Numbered from the stretch's first letter, positions 28,566-37,886 are shown. The stretch: 64,000 nt of DNA from an uncultured Prevotellaceae bacterium (GCA_900314215.1 OMUK01000101.1:9830-73829); one strand, 5' to 3'. Program-made: numbers and translations. Notes: generated from the letters alone by a model not told the origin.

Positions 28566-29792
28566 TTATTTTTTTGCAGCCTCGATGAGGTCGAGCAGCT
28601 TCTGGGCCGCAGTCTGGGCAAAGCGCTTGTCGTTGATGTTGCAGTCTAGCTCGTCGATCTCTACATTGGGATTGTCGATACCTTGCTTGAGGGTGTCGAA
28701 GAGGGCCTTGCGGGCCACCTTGTCTTCAAATGGCTGCCCGTCGGCGTCGATCATCGACACGCCCCCGTCGGGAAGCATGAGCACCATGGGAGCCTCGGCC
28801 TTGTTCCACTTGCCGGCCATGATGCGGCCCATGGCCACATTCTCGTCGGGCGTGGTGCGCATCAGGGTCACCGTGGGGTTGTGCTGGTAGAGGTTGCGCT
28901 GGGCAAATTTTGCGGGCACCGTGTCGCGGGGGCCGAAGTTCACCATGTCGGTAGCGCCCACCGACACCACCTGGGGCACTTTGCACTTGATGGCGGCGTC
29001 GAGACGGTCGGGGCCGGCGTTGAGCACGCCGCCCACCAGCTCGTCGCACCACTCGGTGGTGGTGAGGTCGAGCACGCCCACAAAGTAGCCGGCATTGATG
29101 AGCGACTCCATCGTGCGGCCGCCCGTGCCGGTGCAGTGAAACACGAGCACCTCGTAGCCGCGCTCCTCAAGGTATCGCTTGGCCTCATCGACACACGGGG
29201 TGGTCACGCCAAACATTGTGGCGGCGATGAGCGGCTTGGTTTGCTCGGTGTCGGGGGCGAGCTTGTCCTTCAAGCCCACCATGCCGGCAACGGCAAGCAC
29301 CGCGTTGCGGAATATGGTCTTCGACACCTCGTTGAGGCCAGCCACATCCACAATCGAGGGCATCATGATGATGTCGCTCGTGCCCACATATTGCGACACA
29401 TTGCCCGAGGCCATGGTCGACACCAGCACCTTGGGCACGCCCAGGGGCAGTGCGCGCATGGCAGGCGCCACCAGCGACGAGCCGCCCGAGCCGCCCATCG
29501 AGATGATGCCGTCGAAGTGCCCCTCCTTGTAGAGCTTAGGCACCAGAGCAAGCATGCCCTTGGAGAGCGCCTCCATGGCCAGAGCGCGGTCGTGGCGCTC
29601 CACAATCTGCTTGATGTCGTAGCCAGCGGCGGCAGCCACCTGGTCGCTGCCCACATCGGGAGTGAACGCGGGGGTGAACACACCCGTGTTGATGGTATAG
29701 GTATTCAGCCCTAACTGCTCAATGAGGCCCTTGAGGTAGAGGAACTCACGGCCTTTGGTATCAAACGTACCAGCGATTGCAATTGTCTTCAT
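28566..29792 (-). CDS. Tm-1-like ATP-binding domain protein (UPF0261), canonical copy
   Basis: Start MKTIAI at 29792; GTFDTKG, GGSGG, STMASG, PSIVDVAGLN, TMFGVTTPCV, FHCTGTGG, DLTTTE, DMVNFG, HNPTVTLMRT. Confidence 0.92.
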   Translation of the reverse strand: MKTIAIAGTFDTKGREFLYLKGLIEQLGLNTYTINTGVFTPAFTPDVGSDQVAAAAGYDIKQIVERHDRALAMEALSKGMLALVPKLYKEGHFDGIISMGGSGGSSLVAPAMRALPLGVPKVLVSTMASGNVSQYVGTSDIIMMPSIVDVAGLNEVSKTIFRNAVLAVAGMVGLKDKLAPDTEQTKPLIAATMFGVTTPCVDEAKRYLEERGYEVLVFHCTGTGGRTMESLINAGYFVGVLDLTTTEWCDELVGGVLNAGPDRLDAAIKCKVPQVVSVGATDMVNFGPRDTVPAKFAQRNLYQHNPTVTLMRTTPDENVAMGRIMAGKWNKAEAPMVLMLPDGGVSMIDADGQPFEDKVARKALFDTLKQGIDNPNVEIDELDCNINDKRFAQTAAQKLLDLIEAAKK

Positions 29793-29834
29793 CTTGTTGT
29801 TCAGTTTAGTGTTATTGGTTTTATTTTTCTGCTG

Positions 29835-29901
29835 CAAAAATACAATGGCACCCACCAAGCCCAAAATAAAAACAGCGCATGAAATTTCACAATCAGCGCA
29901 T
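29835..29901 (-). promoter_or_regulatory. Promoter (-33/-7) with two upstream direct repeats 21 bp apart
   Basis: TATTTTTG (29835-29842), 19-nt spacer, TTTG (29862-29865); CAGCGCAT at 29873 and 29894. Confidence 0.6.
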
Positions 29902-29969
29902 TCCACCAGCCCGCTTCCAAAACTCCCCAATCCCGTAGCACCACCCCTTCAAATCATAGAAGAGATGTG

Positions 29970-30773
29970 TCAGTCTTGGAGGTGCTTGGGGGAGAGGCCC
30001 AGGTTTTTCTCAATGTAGCGGGTGAAATAGGAGGGAGAGGAGAAATGATAGTAGTAGGCGAGCTCCTGGATGGTGTGCTGGTGCTCGTAGAGGCGGCGGC
30101 GCATGTCGAGTTGCAGGAATCGGTTGATCCAGTAGGCGGCCGAGAAGCCGGTGCACTGGCGGGAGACGCGCGCGAGGTGCTTGGCCGAGACGCACAGCTC
30201 TTGGGCGTAGTGGTCCACGTCGCGGTGCTCGTGGTAGTCGCCGCGCTCGAGCATGGCCATGAAGCCCTTCATGAGATTGCTGTAGCGCGAGGTGGAGCGC
30301 ACTTGCCCGCGGCGCTGCGCCAGAATGTCGAAGAGGTCGAGCAACAAGAGTTGCACGCCATGCTGCAGCACCTTGTCGTAGTAGTGGTGCTCCTGATGCA
30401 ACTGGTGGTAGCTCACAAACTGGAAATTGGCGCGCATCACCATCATCTGGTCGCTGGTGAGATGCAGCACGGGGTTGAGAAAGAGCTCCATCTGCCCCTT
30501 CACGGCATAGTCCATGTCGCGGAATGAGTTGATGTAGACGGCATTGAGCAGCAAGATTTCGATCAGGCAATCGTGGCTCTGGCCCTGGGGGCTCAAGCGC
30601 GCGCAGCGGCTCACGGCGATGTCCTGCGACCGCAAGGTGATGCGGCGGCTGTTGTAGCCAAAGGTGCACTCACCACGCCTGCACAGCAAGATGGCCACAT
30701 ATTGGCCCAAGCGCGGGTCGGCAATGTCGCGCAGGCTATACTTGAAAATCACGTTTTCCTGCTCCTTCATCAC
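29970..30773 (-). CDS. AraC-family transcriptional regulator
   Basis: HRDVDHYAQELCVSAKHL, FSSPSYFTRY...GLSP; ATGA overlap with the upstream Tm-1-like gene. Confidence 0.9.
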   Translation of the reverse strand: MMKEQENVIFKYSLRDIADPRLGQYVAILLCRRGECTFGYNSRRITLRSQDIAVSRCARLSPQGQSHDCLIEILLLNAVYINSFRDMDYAVKGQMELFLNPVLHLTSDQMMVMRANFQFVSYHQLHQEHHYYDKVLQHGVQLLLLDLFDILAQRRGQVRSTSRYSNLMKGFMAMLERGDYHEHRDVDHYAQELCVSAKHLARVSRQCTGFSAAYWINRFLQLDMRRRLYEHQHTIQELAYYYHFSSPSYFTRYIEKNLGLSPKHLQD

Positions 30774-32002
30774 GATTTTTTCTTTTCCATGAGGTCGATG
30801 AGCAACTGGGCGGCATGGTGGGCAAACCGCGGGTCGTTGATGTGCAACGGCATCACCTCAATCTTCACTTTGGGATTATAGATGTGCTCTTGCAGGGCGC
30901 CGATGATGGCATTGCGGGCGTCGGGGTCGTCGAAGGGCTGACCGGGAGCGTCGAGAGCCGACACGCCGCCTGCGGGCAACAGCACCACCATGGGTGAGTG
31001 GGTATTGTTCCACTTGTCGGCCAGCACGTCGCCCACGCGGGCGCACTCCACGGCGGTGGTGCGCATGAGGGTGACGTTGGCATTGTGGCGATAGAGGTTG
31101 CGGCGGGCATAGCGCATGGGCACCGAGCTCACGGGGCCAAAGTTGACCATGTCGGTAGCGCCTATCGACACCACCTGGGGCACGCGGCAGGCGATGGCGG
31201 CGTCGAGGCGCGTGGGGCCGGCGCCCAGCATGCCGCCCAGCAGCTCGTCGCACCACTCGGTGGTGGTGAGGTCGAGCACGCCTGCAATGGCGCCCTCGTT
31301 GATAAACTTCTCCATCGTGCGGCCGCCGGCGCCAGTGCAGCTGAACTCGAGCACGTCGTAGCCGCGCTCCTCGAGGTAGCGCTTGGCCTCGCTCACGCAG
31401 TCGCTCGTGAGCGAGAACACCGAGATCGCCACCGTGGGGCGGGTCGACTTCTCGGGAGCAGGACGGTGCAGCACCATGCCGGCGATGGCGTTGACGGCAT
31501 TGACGTAGACCTGCCGCGAGATGCGGTCGAGCCCGTCGGCATTCACAATCGAGGGCATGAGCAGGATGTCGCTGGTCTCCACATAGTCCTTCACCGTTCC
31601 CGATGCCACGGTGGTGACCATGAGCTTGGGCACCCCGATGGGCAGCAAGCGCATCACGGCGGTGATGGCAGCCGTGTCCGACGAGCCGCCCAGCGAGAGC
31701 ATGCCGTCGAGCTCGCCCACGGCCTGGAGACGTAGCACCACCTTGCGCAGCCCGGCATAAATGGCAGCCACGGCACGGTGCTGGTCGCCGCTGTCGAGCA
31801 GTTGCTGCAAGTTGTCGCCAGCCAGGCGCGCGAGTTCGCCGTTATCCACATCGGGCTTGAAGAGTGGCTTGTGCAATCCCGTGTGTATCATGTAGGGACG
31901 CACGCCACGCTCCTCAAGCAGCCGCTTGATGAAGGCGAACTCGCGGCCGCGCACCCCGAAGGTGCCAGCCACCACCACGGTCTTGAGATTTTGTGTCATC
32001 AT
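30770..32002 (-). CDS. Tm-1-like (UPF0261) paralog, motif-degenerate copy
   Basis: Full-length alignment by eye to 28566-29792; conserved DLTTTEWCDEL, GATDMVNFGP, HNANVTLMRT; N-terminal motifs altered. Confidence 0.9.
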   Translation of the reverse strand: MMTQNLKTVVVAGTFGVRGREFAFIKRLLEERGVRPYMIHTGLHKPLFKPDVDNGELARLAGDNLQQLLDSGDQHRAVAAIYAGLRKVVLRLQAVGELDGMLSLGGSSDTAAITAVMRLLPIGVPKLMVTTVASGTVKDYVETSDILLMPSIVNADGLDRISRQVYVNAVNAIAGMVLHRPAPEKSTRPTVAISVFSLTSDCVSEAKRYLEERGYDVLEFSCTGAGGRTMEKFINEGAIAGVLDLTTTEWCDELLGGMLGAGPTRLDAAIACRVPQVVSIGATDMVNFGPVSSVPMRYARRNLYRHNANVTLMRTTAVECARVGDVLADKWNNTHSPMVVLLPAGGVSALDAPGQPFDDPDARNAIIGALQEHIYNPKVKIEVMPLHINDPRFAHHAAQLLIDLMEKKKS

Positions 32003-32021
32003 ATAGGTCTCTAAACTTTCA

Positions 32022-32029
32022 CAAATATA
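32022..32029 (-). promoter_or_regulatory. -7 box for the Tm-1-like/AraC operon
   Basis: TATATTTG on the minus strand 20 nt upstream of the ATG. Confidence 0.55.
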
Positions 32030-32253
32030 AGAAGAAATTGCGCATGAAGCGGGCCACGGCTCTCAAATTTTAAGAGATTTAACCCGCCGGTCCATCGAGG
32101 CCACTCACTCGCCCCGGCGCCTGCCGCCCGCCACAACAATTGCGGAGCGAAAATTTGCAAAAAACGCAGAATTGATTAATTTTGCACACAAGTAGGCGCG
32201 CCGACGGCCCGCCTGCTTCTTTATCACAAAACCATTTAATAAGAAATAAAATT

Positions 32254-32787
32254 ATGAAACGACAACGCAACATCTTGGCTGCCCTGCTCGTGGGCATCGT
32301 GGCAGCCTTCACCCTGGTGGCTTGCGGCGGCAAGCAGACCGCCAACACCGACAACGTGGTGGCCCGCCCCACCCCCAACACCTACCTCAACGACATGGCC
32401 GGCATCATCAAGGAGGATGCCAAAGACACCATCTCGGCCCACTGGATGGAAGACACGCTGAAATCCTACGCCGAGACCTCGCCCTACAAGATATATGTAG
32501 TGACCACCAAGGAGAGCTTGGGCGACATGGGCGCCCAAGCCTATGCCAAAGCCATCGCCGAGAAGTGGCAGCTGGGCGACAGCAGCGTGGTGCTCTTCAT
32601 CCAGCGCACGCCCCAGGCCTTCCAGGTGGGCATAGCCCCCGGGGCCGCAGTGAAGGATAAATTCAACCAGCAGACCATCGACCAAATCATACAAGACAAG
32701 ATAGGCCACGTGATACTGAGTTACAAGGGCCGCTTCGACCGCGCCGCCTGGAATGGCATACGCGAGATCAAAGACCGCCTGAAATAG
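32254..32787 (+). CDS. TPM-domain lipoprotein (YgcG-like)
   Basis: Start MKRQRN, lipobox LVAC, YLNDMAGII, IYVVT..SL, A..IAEKWQLG; -7 box TAATTTTG at 32177. Confidence 0.75.
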   Translation: MKRQRNILAALLVGIVAAFTLVACGGKQTANTDNVVARPTPNTYLNDMAGIIKEDAKDTISAHWMEDTLKSYAETSPYKIYVVTTKESLGDMGAQAYAKAIAEKWQLGDSSVVLFIQRTPQAFQVGIAPGAAVKDKFNQQTIDQIIQDKIGHVILSYKGRFDRAAWNGIREIKDRLK

Positions 32788-32814
32788 GCAGGAATCCTAC
32801 CTACAGAACAAGCC

Positions 32815-32857
32815 ACAAGGAGGGGCTCCAAGAGTGCCTCTCCTTGTGCTTTTTTTA
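32815..32857 (+). terminator. Intrinsic terminator
   Basis: ACAAGGAGGGG / CCTCTCCTTGT stem plus T6. Confidence 0.7.
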
Positions 32858-32899
32858 TGTGAGCAACAATCGCCTGCTGGCAGCTTGCACGAGAGCGAT

Positions 32900-32941
32900 T
32901 GTAACAATTTGTTACACGATTTTTACAAGATTGTTACAATC
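32900..32941. promoter_or_regulatory. Operator-like array (inverted plus 11-bp periodic direct repeats)
   Basis: TGTAACAA-T-TTGTTACA; TTGTTACA / TTTTTACA / TTGTTACA at 32909, 32920, 32931. Confidence 0.55.
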
Positions 32942-33086
32942 CTTTGGGCGATTTTTTTCATGAAAACTTTAATTTTAAAGCGAAAAATCAACTATCAGCG
33001 GGCAAGTGCCATTTTAACTGGCTCTTCTTGGCACATGCCATGGCCAATGAGATTTGAAAGAGCTAAAAAATTAAAGTATTAACTTC

Positions 33087-35183
33087 ATGAGAAAACTACT
33101 GACTTTATGTTTTGCACTCATGTCGATGTTGATTGCCACGCCACAGCTTCGAGCCGAAGAGGTGGCGGCGACGCCGCCCGGCAACGAGGCGTCCTCCACA
33201 GGCGAGCAACTCGGCACAATGCCAAGTAGTGTGAGCGCAGTGTTCAGGCAGATCGAGCGGGTGAATGCCGCCGGCATCCAGGCTGGCGACGCCACTGTCG
33301 ACAAGGTCGAGCCTCAATCGCCCCAATTCAAGCAGGGCAAGGCACAGTTGAGCCTGAGCCCCATCGTGCAGCAAGCACGCAAGGCAAGCCGCAAGGCAGC
33401 CACCCTGGCCACCGGCGAGTATTTCTCGCGCGACTCCAGCTACTATGACAACGACAACTACAGCCACATGGCACTCGTCATTGCCGATGGCAGCGCCAAG
33501 ATGATTAATGTGTACAGCTACGGCGACACCATCGATGTGAACTACAACGTCTCGACGGGCGCCTTCTCCATCCCGGCGCAGAAGTTGTATCACTTCGACA
33601 CCTATGGCGATGTGTATGCCTGCCCGGTGAGCTTCAGCAGCGGCGCGGTGACCTACAGCACCACTGGCTCGATAAGCGGCACGGTGGCCGACGACGGCAC
33701 CATCACCCTGCAGCCCTGGGGCATCTTTGTGATAAGCGGCGACTACACCGGTTCGGTGGTCAACGCTTTCTATATGAGCGCCTGGCACCCCAAGAACGCC
33801 ACCATCAAGACCTACAATGCCAAGCATGTGCTCACGAGCTACAGCGCCTATGTAGAGCAGAATGCCGACAACGAAATCAGGGTCTACAACTTCAGCAACA
33901 CGGGCAACGTGACAGGCAACGGCTATGTGGGCGGCATCGCCTCAAGCGTGTCGGGCGGCAACACACTGGAGTATTGCGAGAACACTGGCAACGTCGAGAC
34001 CGTGCGCAGCTCGTCGTCGGCAATCTACACCGGCGGCATCGCTGCCTACGTGAGCGGCACTGCCACCAATCCCGCCTATGCGCGCTACCTGCTCAACAAG
34101 GCTCCTGTCACCAGCCAAGGCTCCTATGTGGGCGGCGTGATAGGCAACTTCAGCAATGCCGAGGCCACAGGCCTCTACAATGCTGGCAAGGTCACTGCCA
34201 CACACTACGGCACGGGCTCGAGCGCTCGCTATGCCACCTATGTGGGCGGCGTGGTTGGCATGTTCGCCGGCCAGGGCAATGTGATGTGGAATATTGCCGA
34301 CGTCACTGCCGAGGGCTACGCCGTGGGCGGTATCGCCGGCCAGGGCAACGGCACCGTGTCGCAATGCTTCAACGCAGGCAATATGCATGCCGACGGTCAG
34401 GGCAAGTCGTCGCTGGCCAGCGCCGGCGGAATATGGGGCGTGGGACGCCCGTCGATCAACGGCTGCTACAACCTGGGCACTGTGAATGGCCCCGACAAGA
34501 TTGCAGGCATCATAGTCGAATTGGCCAACACCGGCAGCATCACCAATTGCTACAACGCTGGCGTGCTCGCACCCACAGCAACTGGCGCCTCAATCGTGAA
34601 GAGCATCGCCTACCAGAGCGGAGCCACTGCCACCTGCTCGGGCAATGCCTACCTGAGCGACATCAACGAGGCTTATCCCGACACAGCACACGGCATCCCC
34701 GTCACAATTGACCAACTCATGGCGGGCGAAGGCCTTGCCGACCTCTACGTGATCAATCGCGCTGCCTATCCCGTGCCCGACTCGCTCATAGGCGAGCCCA
34801 TCGCACGCTACTATGCAGCCAGCCTGGCCTTCGCACCTGGCGACAGCGCAATGGGAGTGACGCAGAACTTCTATGTGGGCGCACTCGACAGCGTGGCATG
34901 GACCTCGAGCGACAACATCTCGATCGACGCCACTGGCACCGCCACTGCCCAAGTGGGCAATGGCTGGGTGAAAAAGTCAATCTCGTGGAATGGCATCGAC
35001 CTGGAGCGCCAGTATGCCATCAACGTGCTTGAGACCACCGGCATCAACGGCATCAACACCAATGGCAGCGACAACGCCATCGACAAGCGCATCTACAGCA
35101 TCGACGGCCGCTACATGGGCACCGATGCCAGCGTGCTGCCAAGCGGCATCTACATCCAGGGCGGAAAGAAGCACATCAAGTAA
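33087..35183 (+). CDS. Secreted T9SS-type protein with GLUG-like repeats
   Basis: Signal peptide; repeated NxGxV...YVGGI units; C-terminal TGINGI...IYSIDGRY...LPSGIYIQGGKKHIK. Confidence 0.85.
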   Translation: MRKLLTLCFALMSMLIATPQLRAEEVAATPPGNEASSTGEQLGTMPSSVSAVFRQIERVNAAGIQAGDATVDKVEPQSPQFKQGKAQLSLSPIVQQARKASRKAATLATGEYFSRDSSYYDNDNYSHMALVIADGSAKMINVYSYGDTIDVNYNVSTGAFSIPAQKLYHFDTYGDVYACPVSFSSGAVTYSTTGSISGTVADDGTITLQPWGIFVISGDYTGSVVNAFYMSAWHPKNATIKTYNAKHVLTSYSAYVEQNADNEIRVYNFSNTGNVTGNGYVGGIASSVSGGNTLEYCENTGNVETVRSSSSAIYTGGIAAYVSGTATNPAYARYLLNKAPVTSQGSYVGGVIGNFSNAEATGLYNAGKVTATHYGTGSSARYATYVGGVVGMFAGQGNVMWNIADVTAEGYAVGGIAGQGNGTVSQCFNAGNMHADGQGKSSLASAGGIWGVGRPSINGCYNLGTVNGPDKIAGIIVELANTGSITNCYNAGVLAPTATGASIVKSIAYQSGATATCSGNAYLSDINEAYPDTAHGIPVTIDQLMAGEGLADLYVINRAAYPVPDSLIGEPIARYYAASLAFAPGDSAMGVTQNFYVGALDSVAWTSSDNISIDATGTATAQVGNGWVKKSISWNGIDLERQYAINVLETTGINGINTNGSDNAIDKRIYSIDGRYMGTDASVLPSGIYIQGGKKHIK

Positions 35184-35208
35184 TCTTCCTTCCCACTGGC
35201 TCACTATC

Positions 35209-35250
35209 AAGCCCTCCCCAGGCACAGCGCCCCGGGGAGGGCTTTTTCTT
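35209..35250 (+). terminator. Intrinsic terminator
   Basis: AAGCCCTCCCC / GGGGAGGGCTT plus T tail. Confidence 0.8.
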
Positions 35251-35351
35251 GCATAGGGCGAGCGCAAAAAAACGTGGTGATTGTTTTGAAGTCTTGGCTT
35301 TTTTAGTTTACTTTGTCATAAGCGTAAGCCGAGACAAAACCAAAAACAGAG

Positions 35352-36230
35352 ATGCAGATAAGCAAATACATGGTGGCATCGCCACACGACTGCCAGTGGG
35401 GCCTCACGGTGAGCACCGTGGGACTCGACGAGATTGCTCCCGGCGACGCCTACCCCACCAGCGGCCACGCCGACGGCTACTACTTCGACCCGCGCAAGGG
35501 GCGCACGCTCGAGGAGTACCAGATGCTCTATCTCGTGGAGGGCGAGGGCACCTTTGAGTCGGCCACAATGACGGCCACGCGCATCAAGGGCGGCGACCTC
35601 TTCCTGCTCTTCCCCGGCGAGTGGCACACCTATTGCCCCCTGCCCAGCTCGCACTGGAAAAGCTACTGGATAGGCTACAAAGGCCGCAACATGGACGACC
35701 GCGTGAAAGCCGGCTTCCTCACTCCCGAGAAGCCCATCTACCACGTGGGCTTCTCGGCCGAGATTGTGCGCCTCTACGAGACGGCGCTCAAGACGGCTCA
35801 GAGCGAGCCAGCCTATGTGCAGCCCATTCTGGCCGGCATCGTCAACCACCTGGTGGGATTGATGTACTCGCTGGAGCGCAACCGGCAACTCAGCCAGAAG
35901 CCGAGCCACATCGACGAGATCAACCAGGCTCGCCTGCGCATACGCCAGTCGCTCGAGCAGGACCTGAGCATTCAGCGCATTGCCAAGGACCTGGGCATGA
36001 GCTACAGCAGCTTCCGCAAGTTCTTCAAGGAGTACACCGGCATCTCACCCGCCCTCTACCAGCAGGACCTGCGCCTGCAGCGTGCCAAGGAGCTGCTCAC
36101 CACCACCTCGATGAGCATCAAGAGCATAGCCTATCAACTGCAGTTTGAGTCGCCCGACTACTTCTCCAGCAAGTTTAAGAACAAGACCGGAATGAAACCC
36201 AGCGACTTCCGCTCGATGCACCAAGCTTAG
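35352..36230 (+). CDS. rhaR: AraC-family regulator, probable rhamnose regulator
   Basis: Bacteroides-type AraC (GRTLEEYQMLY, FPGEWHTY, FESPDYFS); directly upstream of rhaB. Confidence 0.8.
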   Translation: MQISKYMVASPHDCQWGLTVSTVGLDEIAPGDAYPTSGHADGYYFDPRKGRTLEEYQMLYLVEGEGTFESATMTATRIKGGDLFLLFPGEWHTYCPLPSSHWKSYWIGYKGRNMDDRVKAGFLTPEKPIYHVGFSAEIVRLYETALKTAQSEPAYVQPILAGIVNHLVGLMYSLERNRQLSQKPSHIDEINQARLRIRQSLEQDLSIQRIAKDLGMSYSSFRKFFKEYTGISPALYQQDLRLQRAKELLTTTSMSIKSIAYQLQFESPDYFSSKFKNKTGMKPSDFRSMHQA

Positions 36231-36365
36231 CCATTGCCACCCCCACACACACAGCGCGATTTTGTGCAAAACGTGAAGGCCAAAAATCAAATAACAAAGT
36301 CGCAGGCCGAAAATATGGCCTAAATTTGTGGCAACAAAAACTTAAATGACAACATCCCAAAAACT

Positions 36366-37835
36366 ATGAATACTGCAAAGAGCTATTTCGCCGTTGACCT
36401 GGGTGCCACCAGCGGCCGCACCATCGTGGGCACCATCGAGCACGGGCAGGTGAAGCTCGAGGAGCTCACCCGATTTTCCAACCCCATCATCGAGCTGCAG
36501 GGCCACTGCTACTGGGACCTCTACGCCCTCTATAACGAAATCATAAAAGGTCTCAAGACCGCCGCCAGAGAGGGCGTGCAGGTGCAAAGCATAGGTATCG
36601 ACACCTGGGGCTGCGACTTTGTGGCCGTGGGCCACGACGGCGCGTTGCTCTCCAATCCCCTCTGCTATCGCGACCCCCACACGGCCCACACCATGCAGGC
36701 CTATTTCGCCGAGTCGATCGACCGCAAGCAGGTGTATGCCAAGACGGGTATCCAGTTTATGAACTTCAACTCCTTGTTTCAGCTCTACCAGATGCACAAA
36801 GACGGCAACGTGGCCCTGTGCAACGCCAGCAAGATACTCTTCATCCCCGACGCGCTGAGCTATCTGCTCACGGGCAAGGCCGTGTGCGAGTACACCGTGG
36901 CCTCGACCTCGCAGTTGCTCAACCCCATGCAGGGTGACCTCGACCCCGACCTGCTCAAGTCGGCAGGCCTCACGCGCGAGCAGTTTGGGCCCATGACCCA
37001 GCCTGGCACCGTGATAGGCACCCTCACGCCCGAGGTGCAACGCCTCACGGGGCTGGGCGAGGTGCCAGTGGTGGCTGTGGCTGGCCACGACACTGCCTCG
37101 GCTGTGGCTGCCGTGCCAGCGCGCGACGAGCACTTTGCCTATCTCTCGTCGGGCACATGGAGCCTCATGGGCATCGAGACCCGCAATGCCATCATCAACC
37201 AGGAGAGCTACGACAAGAACTTCACCAACGAGGGCGGCATCGGCGGCACCACCCGCTTCTTGAAAAACATATGCGGCATGTGGATATATGAGTGCTGCCG
37301 CCGCGAGTGGAAGGGCACCGTCGACGTCAGCCACGCCAAGTTGCAGCACGAGGCCATGCAACAGCCTGCCTTCAGGAGCCTCATCAATCCCGACGACCCT
37401 GCCTTTGCCAACCCCACATCGATGCTCCAGGCCATCGACGACTACTGCCGCGGCACCCAGCAGCCCGTGCCCGCCAGCCCGGCGGCCTATTGCCGCTGCA
37501 TCTTCGAGTCGCTGGCCCTGCGCTACCGTCAGGTTTTCTCGTGGCTCAAGGAGTTTGCCCTCTTCCCCATCGAGGTGCTCCACATCATAGGCGGCGGCGC
37601 CATGAATGAGTATCTCGACCAGTTCACCGCCAACTCATGCGGCGTGGTGGTGCTCGCCGGTCCGCAAGAGGGCACCGCCCTGGGCAACATCATGCTCCAG
37701 GCCAAAGCCAGCGGCGAGGTGGGCGACACATGGCAGATGCGCCGCATCATTGCCCAGTCGATCTCGCTCAAGCGATTTGAGCCTCGCGACAAGCAGGCTT
37801 GGGATGCCGCCTATGAGCGTTTCCTCCATCTTTAA
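36366..37835 (+). CDS. rhaB: Rhamnulokinase
   Basis: AVDLGATSGR, GIDTWGCD, TGIQFMNFNSLFQL, SSGTWSLMG, NFTNEGG; -7 box TAAATTTG at 36321. Confidence 0.95.
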   Translation: MNTAKSYFAVDLGATSGRTIVGTIEHGQVKLEELTRFSNPIIELQGHCYWDLYALYNEIIKGLKTAAREGVQVQSIGIDTWGCDFVAVGHDGALLSNPLCYRDPHTAHTMQAYFAESIDRKQVYAKTGIQFMNFNSLFQLYQMHKDGNVALCNASKILFIPDALSYLLTGKAVCEYTVASTSQLLNPMQGDLDPDLLKSAGLTREQFGPMTQPGTVIGTLTPEVQRLTGLGEVPVVAVAGHDTASAVAAVPARDEHFAYLSSGTWSLMGIETRNAIINQESYDKNFTNEGGIGGTTRFLKNICGMWIYECCRREWKGTVDVSHAKLQHEAMQQPAFRSLINPDDPAFANPTSMLQAIDDYCRGTQQPVPASPAAYCRCIFESLALRYRQVFSWLKEFALFPIEVLHIIGGGAMNEYLDQFTANSCGVVVLAGPQEGTALGNIMLQAKASGEVGDTWQMRRIIAQSISLKRFEPRDKQAWDAAYERFLHL

Positions 37836-37886
37836 TCACCACAACACGACATAAAATAACAACAAAAAAATATAAACCACGACATT

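Noticed and set aside
29793-29969. Sigma-54 promoter for the TIM-barrel locus (this family often associates with sigma-54 activators)
   Set aside because: No TGGCAC-N5-TTGC match on the coding strand; a sigmaA -33/-7 pair is present instead
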